From Anolis carolinensis (taxonomy: Eukaryota), in the NCBI RefSeq assembly GCF_035594765.1, contig NC_085844.1, positions 12,539,923 through 12,603,922 on the forward strand: 64,000 nucleotides of DNA. Direction: 5' to 3'. Below the pieces are notes generated by a model, which made no database searches, was not told the origin of the DNA, and saw nothing but the letters and a program-made list of their open reading frames with translations. A program made the position numbers and the translations under genes. Of this stretch, positions 52,824 to 62,838 are shown one piece after another. How positions within the stretch are numbered: the stretch's first letter is position 1; every line of letters begins with the position of its first letter.

Positions 52824-54984
52824 AGTGGTTTTCAGTTTTTATGTGGGATTCTCTAATCCTAACAGGTAGAAATGCTTCTCATTGAGTTTAGTTTCGAGCA
52901 GTTAAAAAGCTTATATGACAATATACTGATATCTTTCACTTCACCTTTTTGTCTTCAGATCTGTAAACCACTAAAATATTGTGTTCAAAAAGTCTTTGAA
53001 AATGAATTCTAAGGGTTGGTTCCCACCTTTTTCCTTTCTTTTTTTTTTTTTACTTCCTAAGCTTTACTAAAAATAACCCTATCCATGCAAACCACAAAGA
53101 TATAAAATCAGTCTCCTTTATGAAAGCAAAGAATTCTGGGCTCTGTCATTCAACTCAACCCTATCTTATGGTAACACTATCCTAAGGTATTCATGGCAAG
53201 CTTTATCCCAAGGAGGTTTGCTGTCCTTCCCTATTGAGGATGAGAGAGCATGACTTCTCCAGTAGCATTCCTTGGGTTTCCATGATTGGAGCAGGGACTG
53301 AAATCCAGGACTTCTCAAGTTGTATTCTGATAATCAAACCACAATACCATGTTTTCTGATTTGTGTCTGTTTTTTCTTGAAAGAATTGAAGGTGCTTTGT
53401 ATCAAATACACTAAAAAAGGGAAAGCATCTCTATTTGGCTTGGTAGCAGCTACCATCCCATTGACACTGTTATTGGAAGCAAGTAAAATAAACATTTTGG
53501 AAAAGATGGCACCCGGTGGATCAATCCAGTAGGAGCCACATTGAAGGCACGTAAATACTGAACTGATTTGAAGTGTACCTACCCTGAAAAACACAGCAAT
53601 TTGTCACGCTAAGAGGATTATAGATAGATGTCCACCAGAGAGAGAAAAAACAAGAAGCACCACAAGTAGAAGCACTTAATCATTTTTCCTTGGATGACAA
53701 AGCCAATAAAAACATATGGATAAAGGCAGGTAGGAGGGCTGTTAACTTTCTTTATTGGCCATTTTCATTTCAAGAGAATATAAAATTGAATAAGCATTCA
53801 GACTGGTGTCCTTGTACCAAATGAGATTCTGGTTTCATTTCATGTCAACGGTGTTTTTATTTATCTTCCTTGCCTTGTTATTCATTTGTGCATCTTGGCT
53901 GCATTTAAAATTATGGATGACTTTCAGCTACAACAAGCCAGTTTCAACTCCCATTCAGGCTACATTATACCTGTTTGTATGTCTCAACAAATTGAATGTC
54001 ATTCTCCTCTGGGTGGTAGGGTTCATCACCTTAGGCTTGTATGTGTGTGACAAAATGTAATTTGCAGGACAGCATGCAAAAAAACCTTGTAGATAACAAA
54101 AAATAATACCCCTTTCTCTATCAACAGAATGCTGACAATCCATGAGTATTGATAAGTTAGTTAAGCTTTAAGAGAAAATGGTTGTGTATGTATTTCAATG
54201 CCACTATGAGGAGCGGAAGTAGTAAAAGAGCTTATTAGTGAGAAGAGTCTCTAAGCACCACGTAGTCCAACCTCCTGCCATGCAGGAACACATAGCTAAA
54301 TCACTATTGAAAGAAGCCCATTTGCCCTGAGTTTAAACACCTCCAAAGAGAAATGCTCCACCAACTATTGAGATAGTTTGTTCCACTTTTGGGGTTGTAA
54401 GAAGTTAGTATCAGCAGTTCTTTCTAGTATTTTGGTAGAATTTATTTTCTTGTGATTTTGAATCCATAGATTCTTATTCTAGTTTCTCGAGCAGCAGAAA
54501 TGAGGTTCACTCCACCTCCTACATGTGATCCCCAAGACTTCTTTTTGAAAACCCTGGGCCATCCCTCTTTTTAATTGAACAGTGATCATCTTTCATCAGG
54601 AGAAGACGTTTTCCTTTAGAGAAAGACACAGGATTCACCAACATCAGGCAGACATGTTGAATGGCATTGCAAACTGCAGTAGGTCCCTCGCAGGCTAGCT
54701 TTGATCTCTGCCAGAGTGCTTCCTCAACTTTTATTTTACAAATTATTCTGTATCATTCTATAGTTATGACTGGTGAAATTCTAAATGCTTCCTCCCAGAT
54801 AGCCTGCTAGCCCCATCAGACTTACTTAATTTCTGTGACTGACGCCTGACTCATTGCTTTTCTGTTTTTTCCTTCTCCCTCCTTCCAGAGGAGGAGGAAC
54901 GTGGTCTGCCAGGAAAACCACAAGCAGTTGGGCTTTACATTCTAGTAACTGCATCACCCCCTCATACTAATTAATGAATGCTTC

Positions 54985-55420
54985 CCATCTAAAGGAAGTG
55001 TGAAAACTGGAGGAAGACACATCAATAATTTAAGATACACAGATGAGACTATAATGCTAGCAGAAAACAGGAAGGACTTGGAATGGCTATTGAAAAATGC
55101 TAAGGCAGAAAGTGCAAACATGGGATTGCAACAGCAATAAGAATACAAACATATAATGCCCCCAGGAGACTTAACATGATTTTAAAATTGATGGTGCCAA
55201 GGTTTAAATTATCAGTTTTTCTATACCCCAGCTTAGCCCTCAATCACAGTGGAGATTAATTAAGAAATTAGAAGTTGCTTAAGGCTTGAAAAGGTTGCTA
55301 TGAAGAAACTACAAAAGATTATCGTATGTAAAGATGGGACATTCAACATTAAAGTCAGGATAAAGCCATGTTATTTCCAGCCCCTGTATAGATGTGAAAT
55401 CTAAACAATGATGAACTCCA
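54985..55420 (+). mobile_element. Degraded RTE/BovB-like RT fragment
   Basis: GRHINNLRYTDETIMLAE, a remnant of the YADD motif region. Confidence 0.7.
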
Positions 55421-56746
55421 TCTGGGGATGTACTGTTCAGCAACATCTGGCGTAATTGCCATTCCTATCCTTAATTTTTTTTAAAAAGAAAATAATAGGC
55501 TGGAGCTGTCCTGTTTTTTTTAAATTCAGCTTCAGATTTCTTTCGGAGCATTTCAGGCTAACCCCATAATACTTAGAAGTGGTTGTACCTTTCGTTTCTC
55601 TAAAATACAACCTTTAACAACCTGGTGTTCATTGACCCTGCTTAGTTTCCAAGATCAAAGGAACCTGGTTTTTTTAAATAAATACTTTGACACTTTTAAT
55701 TTTATTGTGCTGGATGATTTGTGCAGTAGGCAGAGTTGCCCACAAAATGGGTGGTTGGATTGTGTGTTCTATTGAAATAGAAGGTGTGTCCTTTGTGCCC
55801 AGGAATCTACAGGTTTCCTCAATAGAGAAGATCCTGTGTCAGGGTGACTGTCTGAAAACCTCCTAACTATTATTTCAAATAGTTTTATGTGTCGGGTCAT
55901 TGTTCATGTATCTATAGAGCCAAATGTCTCACATATTCCAAATGATGCCAGACATTTTAAGGGGGCAAGTTGAGCACTGACCGTAAAACGGCCTTGCCCA
56001 CTCCTTTGGTAGGTGATCGTCTTTCCATTTAGTAGGTCATTTTTTTCAGTAACTAAATACCTGAATAGCCTCATTATAGCCTGACTGAGAAGTCTTTTGC
56101 AGCCTTGTCAGATGGGTGGCATCGAAAGTACAAAGAGGTGTAAATACAGAGCCTGGAGGAGAATGTAACTCCTTAAAGATTCTGTTTTATCAGGAAGACT
56201 TTGTAAGGCACTTAAAAAGACCAAAGAAACTCAGAAGTTATGTTGGGGGAAAAATACAAGCTCCTTTTGAGTGCGAGGAAATGTGGAACATGTGACAGAC
56301 ATATATAACTTTTTGGACATTAAGAAGGTCTTGATTAATTTTGATGGGTTAATTTTAGATGAGGAAAACAATCAATATGGTAAGAGAGAGCAATGGTTGT
56401 TGAAAATTTGATTTTGGAGACTATTCAAAATGCTGGTGATTTACAGTTTTACACGTCCTTTGCCTTCTATACCTTAGTGAGTCAGGAATAGATGAAGTAC
56501 AGTCCACAGGGAGTAAAATGTCTGATTGGCTACCTGGTTTTAAAGGGACCTTTATGGACCTAAAATTACCTGGTGGGAGGGCGGAAATACAGATTCATAA
56601 AATTGGAAGAGATTGCATAGCCGTTTGAGTTAGTTCAACACCCAACATTTAATACAAGAGTTCCAGCTAGAGCATTCCCAGCAGGTGACTGTTTAGCCTC
56701 TTTTTGGAAGATATTCAGGGAAGAAGACCCCACCTGCTCTCTAGAT

Positions 56747-57061
56747 CAGAGCTTTCCAAACTGTATACCATGATACATTAGTGTGTCAGCTGTGGTGTGT
56801 AGGTGTGTTGCGTAAGCACAATGAGAAACCTCTGAGTTTACTTGAAATAAGTAATAAATCATATATTTTCTAAAATATAAATAAAAAGTTTTCACAAGCT
56901 ATGATGTGCATCCATACATTTCATTAATACAATTTTTGTATGTGCCCATATCTAAAGGGGTGGTTTAACATTCAGTTTGCTAGTAAAATTTAATTACTAT
57001 GTCGCAATATGATGCATGTCTAAAAAGTGTGTCACCAACATGAAGTGTTTGGAAACCTCTA
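56747..57061. mobile_element. hAT MITE inserted in an old minus-strand CR1 fragment (about 56590-57500)
   Basis: TIRs CAGAGCTTTCCAAAC / GTTTGGAAACCTCTA. Perfect 8-bp TSD CTCTAGAT. Confidence 0.82.
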
Positions 57062-59172
57062 CTCTAGATTATTGTTTCTAGCACTGAACTGCTTTTAGTA
57101 TGAAGTTCAAATATTCAATCAGAATCTACCCTGATGCAACTTAAAGCCATTAGGCCTGCTCTTGTGATCTAGAGCAGCAAAGAATCCATCTATCTCCTTT
57201 TTTGTGACAGTCTTTGAAATACTTAAAGAGCGCAACCATGACATTTCTCAATCTTCTCTTCACAGATTTAGCATGCCCAACTCCCTCACCAATGTTTTCT
57301 TCATACCACACACCCCATGATGAATTTAATCCTAGCAGGACATAGTAATACCCATACTTTAAAAAAGTTAATGCAGCTTTTTCAAAATGGTGCCACAGGA
57401 AGGGAACTCTCCAAGGTTCTATGGGGTGGGGCAAGGTTGGACAACATGGCCATTCAAACCCTGTTATAAGCCCTACTCTCCTCCCTAAGTACATTTCGAG
57501 AAGACTTATTCAATTTTCACATATTTCTAAGACAAGTAAGCATGAACTTCTCAGTGGTGGCACCAAACATCTAGAACCTGGAAAAATTCCTATCTCCAAG
57601 AAATTATATACTTGTAGCCATACAGTATGTCAGCAAAATATACCATCTGAGTTTGGAGACCATATGCCTGAATATCCCATTCTAGTGAGCAACAGCGTGG
57701 GAGATGTCTCTTGCTTTCATGCTGTGCTTCTGAGTATTTTAAGGCACATAACTGACCAAAGTGTGCACTTTTAGTCCCAGGCAGCACAACTAATGGGATT
57801 TGGGGAGTTGTAGCCTGAAAAGATAAATCTTTTCAGTTGTAAACTGATCACTGTGAAGGATAGGGCTGATACAGAGGCCCTTTTCTTATGTTCCTAAATG
57901 AATAAATGAATATATTCATAAAGTAGTTGGGAGCGGGTGAGAAATGTTTTTTCAAACCTAGCCTGTTGCAATCTTCCTGTGTCTGTCTTTGCTACAGATG
58001 TGGGCATTTTATCAGGGCTTTAACTTGTGACCCTGTAAGCCATCAACTCCACGCTCTTTCACGTTCTAAGAAACAAGGAATTCAAAGTGAGCTGATGCAG
58101 CGTGAAGGGTGTGCCTGTTAAATGGAGCATCTTTCTCTGCCTGGCTTTTCTGTTACTGTCTCTCACTGTGACATGTCGTATTACGTCTTTCTAGAGTTCC
58201 GGTATCCTGTGTGCTTTTCTCTCCTTCAGATTAAATTAAATAGACACCAAAGCCGAATAAAATATATTCATACTCCAAGCCAACGAAGAAGCTAAGCTAA
58301 ATCAATTAAGCAACACAGCTGGGCATGTATTGATCAATGTGCAAATAAAATGGCCTTCTGTTAAGGACAGGAGTGTCATTCAACAAACCTTTTAGCACAA
58401 AACATTTGTATTTTTCTTTTCTCTCTCCTCACTTTAAATGATAACCCTCATCCTTTCTGTTTGTCCTTGCCCTTTTTTCATGCTTCATCACTTACAATTC
58501 CAGAGAACAAGCTTGCTGCAAATGAAGGAAGCCTTGGGCTGTATGATATCTCCATTATTTACCTAATGGGGGCTCAGCTGATAAGAGCTCAGCAAGCTAT
58601 GTTTTGGAGGAGCTAAGAAGGGAAAGGGGCTAAAACATCCTGAGTTTTTAAAAAATAAAAATAAAAATAAAGAACTGAGCCTTTGAGAGGAAAGGTTAAT
58701 TTTTATTATCAAATAATTCCATATTTGTGATAATAAAGCCTGTTGGAAAGGCTTTGCTATCAGACAATGCCTTTTTTTTTTCTTGGCCCGTTTAGCTTTT
58801 TAGCAGCATCGACATTGGGAGGGCTGAGGAAACAACCTGTTGGTCTCAGGTTGTTAGAGTATTATTAGTATTATTACTATTACCAAATTACTCTTACTAT
58901 TATTATTATCTTGAGCAAGGAAAGAATGTGGATGGGATTCTACTCTAGCTAATCCTTCCATAGTTGTGTGTCTGTTTACAGTTGGCTAGCTAAATAGCAG
59001 CTGCTGCCTAGACCTAACTCTATTTTTGTTATATTTTTGCCTCAAGCACCAATTTTTCAGTTAAGGAAGTAAGATCCAGGAACCTATCTACTTTGTTCAC
59101 TCATATATATCTGTATTTTAGTTTAAATGAAAGCTTGAATCCTCTTAATGTCTTCAATACGTGTATGTATTA

Positions 59173-59402
59173 GGCCCGGGCTGTGGCGCAGGCTGGAGAG
59201 CAAGCCAGCTGCAACCAGCTGCAATGAATCACTCTGACCAGGAGGTCATGAGTTTGAGGCCCGCTCAGAGCCTATGTTTGTCTTGTCTTTGTTCTATATT
59301 AAAAGGCATTGAATGTTTGCCTATATGTGTAACGTGATCCACCCTGATTCCCCTTCGGGGTGAGAAGGGCGGAATATAAATGCTGTAAATAAATAAATAA
59401 AT
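59173..59402 (+). mobile_element. tRNA-derived SINE with L2-type 3' tail
   Basis: A-box TGGCGCAGGCTGG, B-box-like GAGTTTGAGGC, 3' stem-loop shared with the L2 tails, (TAAA)n. Confidence 0.8.
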
Positions 59403-60360
59403 ATGTCTCTCTGCAAAGGTGGCTGAACATTTTTGAGGTATGCAAAATGCAGTTCAATGCTATTGTACATGGATGGCTGTGCACATTTGATTGTGCATTC
59501 AGTTGCACATTTGATGTCTTGTTTCCATGGCCCAAGATACCATTCAGCACAAAGAGTTGCCTAGCACAACCAATGCATAACTCTGCATGAAGTGTTTTGT
59601 ACAATGTATCCATGAGGCAAAATCTGGACCATGATCTTATAATTAGCTGGTCCTCTGGGGCAAACAGTGGTCACCCTGGGAGTCACACTGGAGAAAACTT
59701 CACTGCCTTGGTATGTAGAGTCAGACAAACAAGCCTGTGGGCCACTCACAAACATCTTACAGTTACCATTGAAGCTTGAGTCTAACTATACATGTATTAG
59801 ATCCTTTGTGTCTTAGACCAAGTCTGCACAGCTGGAGATCCAGCAAACCAGTGAGGCTCAACAGCTGTGTGCAGTGACTTTCCAGAACATTTCATCATCA
59901 TAATCATTGTCATAAAATAATAATAATGATAATAATAATAGTTGATATGTGTTGTCCGGTACCTGGCTAGTTCTGTTACATGACTGTCTCTGGCTCATTG
60001 AATCAACAGTTGCATTGGCAGAGTTGACTAAAGCTCTCTAGTACCAGTCTTTTAAAGTACCTTTAATTCAGGAAATATGAGGGTACCTCCATTAGGTCTC
60101 ATTCTTCACATTGTTGTCGACCGCGTTTCTGGGGGATCGGGCCCCTTAAGGAGAGAGCCGATCCGGTCCTGAGGGAACGGACCTTGGCGAAGCCAAAAGA
60201 AGAATATAAGCCGCAATACAACCTGAAGCCTGAAATGAAGAAGGTCCGCCAAGTTGAAGGAAAATCCGCCAAGGAGTTTTTATTTAGCAATTCAGCTGAA
60301 AAGGACGCTAATAGCGATCATTCAATCTACTAGCGTAACATATGTTTCAAATAAAGCCAT

Positions 60361-60545
60361 ATTTATACAATGTTTCGGTCTGACAGCCCTTTGAATTTCC
60401 CGCCCCGCTTCCCCGCCCATCTGATCGCGGATAGGCTGGGAGGTTGAACGAGGCGGGCTTTCGTTTCCCGCCTTGCTCTGCTGGCCCAATGGGGAGCCGC
60501 TTTTTGTCCCCTCTCGGGCCAATCAGAGAGGAGGAGGCGGGAGCT
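60361..60545 (-). promoter_or_regulatory. LTR U3-like promoter: TATA, CHR, E2F sites, GC boxes, two CCAAT boxes
   Basis: TTTGAA 60390-60395, TTTCCCGCC 60396-60404 and 60464-60472, CCAAT 60486-60490 and 60519-60523. Confidence 0.7.
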
Positions 60546-62538
60546 ATTGAAACAATGAGGTGACCGGACGGGAAATATCAGATTAATTCTGGCCCAGCCG
60601 ATTTCTAAAGGAATTAATGACACCCATCAAGGATGTCCGGGGTCCTGTCACGTTCACAGATTTTAGATATATCTTTGGGATGTCAGACGGGAAGTGGTGA
60701 TGGGTGGTGATGAGCCGTCATTGACGGCCCCACAGGGTGCCTTCCTGCGGCGTCCTGGCCTGGGATATGACAATGTTTGCCTTGGGGGCGAGTCACCTTT
60801 AGGAATTTGGTGACTCGCCCTATATTGTCCATGCGATCGGAATGAGATTGGATTAAACTGTGGCAGATTATCCTTTTGTTTTTGGGAAGGGAGGTCTGGG
60901 TCATAGGGCTAGAGTTCATGTTGGGGTCATAATATTTCCCATTAGATTTCATGATTTGATAATTATATGGGATAGAATGAAAATTAAAATAAAGTTGGAA
61001 CATAAACCCAGCTGGGAAGAATACATATTTTCCGGGGATCCCAAAGAGTACAAATACATATAGGCAGATAGATAGATTTCAAGGAAATAAAGGAGAATCC
61101 ATAAAGGTGGGTGACATTGCATAAAGGGGCATCATGAATGATATAAGCAATAGAAAACATTTGATAAGGACGAAGTTCACAACATCTGGGGAACCCGATA
61201 TGGAAATTCATACAACAGTGAGTCATGAGAGTGTCCAAGTACATAGAATATGGAAATTCACAAATACATGAGGAAAAAGAGTTCATAAGGAATTCATAGA
61301 GATGGCATGGGAAGGGGCACATGTGGGTTGCAGTCTTTGGAAGTATAAGATTTCATAAGTCCAGGGGTAGGTCTGGGGAAGAGTGTTCTTCTCCTTCATA
61401 AAATCATGAAAAGTATGAATGAAACATGGAGGGCACCCGTCCGGGCATCCCCTGGCAGCTGTAGAGGGCGAGGGTCCTTGGAGAACTATGTCTCCCCAGC
61501 GAGAGAGCGATCCCCCCCATCCCCAATTCACAGAAAGGGGGTAGGTATCTCTTAAACCCTTTCCGCGGGCCGCGGGGAGAGGAAAATCCGGGATAAGGCA
61601 GCATTTTAGCTTGGAAGGAGCCGTCGGTCCCGTTTGACAGTCAGCTGTTGAGGTGCTGAAAACTGGACCGATTCCGGTTCTGCTGGTTGTCTTCGAGTCA
61701 GGAGCCTTAGAAAGGGTTAGGACTAAAAGAGGAGCGTTCTAGGGGTAATTTTGATAGAGATATGAGCCAATTTATATCGACCGCCATGTTAATCTATGGC
61801 AGAGAAACCTCAACCGGAGTTAAAGGGACGGGAGGGAGAGAGAGAGATTGCATGCAGAGGAAAGGAGTCAGAGAAAAGATACAAAATAACCAGATAGAGA
61901 GTGTTATTGTTAAAATAAATGTTACTTTTATTGGGGGGATTTGTTACATAGTTCAGGGAAGAGGAAAATGAAGAAAAAAAGGTCTTTTAATAATAGTCTG
62001 TTGCGGTCCCGCTCCGTTCCTTTGGTGGGTGACCGGCGGAACTCTCCGCTGCGTTTTCAATTCAATTTGAAAGTCGGGGTGACGGTTATCATATTCCCCA
62101 CTCGGTAAGGGCGGGGCGAGATGGGCGGAGCCTATTTCGCCCCTGCCCTACCGCATAAACATTATAACCTCTTAGCGGCAGCATGACCATCTGCTGAGAG
62201 GGGTTCGAATGGTTCTTTTTGCGACAAATTTGGAACAGAGCGGGCAAATGCGACCAGCAGCAGCTTATTATTAGAAGGAAAAGGATTACAGCTAGAAAGA
62301 GGAGAAATCCTTTGCAAAACCGGGCTAGAATTGACAGGGAGGGTTAGAGAAGAAATGAGGATTAGGGTTAGGGTTAGTACCCTGGAAAGCTCCCAAGGAG
62401 AAAAATAGAGAGAAAATTAGAACTCACGGCTCCTGATTCAGCATGCTGGACAGCTCCCCAGCGGGGAACCGCGGTATCAGTTCTTCCGAGCGGGGGGGTT
62501 GAAGTGAGGGCCGATTTGACAGCTGTCAAAGTGAGCTG

Positions 62539-62838
62539 TCAAATGTTTGTAGGTCCAAATGGGGGTGTTCCCGTGGTGCTAGAGGGATGGGATTTGGAGG
62601 GGTCCTCGGAGGGGGTCTTGTGCTTCCGTCTCTGGCGTTTGGTCTTTCTCCGGACCTCGGGAGGGTGTGGGTCAGGACAGCTTGCGGGCGGCGGGCCCTG
62701 AGGAGGTGTTTTCCGGAACAACACCTTCAGGTCGTCTCCCAGCTCAGCAGTCCACAGGTCTTTGTCTTCCTCACCGCTGGTGGGGGCTGGTTCTGGTTCA
62801 GGGGCACTCTTGATGGATCCTGGCACGGATTCCAGCAC
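62539..62838 (-). CDS. Putative accessory-protein exon with Pro-rich segments and Arg-rich motif RRKTKRQRRKHK
   Basis: 99-codon frame with no ATG, preceded by a CTGAC / pyrimidine-rich / AAG acceptor-like site. Coding status unproven. Confidence 0.4.
   Translation of the reverse strand: MLESVPGSIKSAPEPEPAPTSGEEDKDLWTAELGDDLKVLFRKTPPQGPPPASCPDPHPPEVRRKTKRQRRKHKTPSEDPSKSHPSSTTGTPPFGPTNI

Noticed and set aside
58100-58800. Possible conserved non-coding elements or cryptic acceptors (also about 21900-22900, 32700-33200, 38000-38800)
   Set aside because: TE-free and rich in TAAT motifs, but conservation cannot be shown without alignments.
60783-60820. tRNA-Pro or tRNA-Trp PBS-like starts on the + strand
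   Set aside because: Only about 7 contiguous matches and not preceded by an LTR CA end.
61933-62103. PPT candidates for the 60112 element (minus GAGTGGGGAATA|TG at 62091; plus GGGGGGATT|TG at 61942)
   Set aside because: Both are short and imperfect and cannot fix the LTR boundary without a second LTR copy.
62362-62377. (TTAGGG)2 telomere-like repeat suggesting herpesvirus integration
   Set aside because: Only about 2.5 units; better explained as reiterated CTAAC branch points inside a GT-AG intron.
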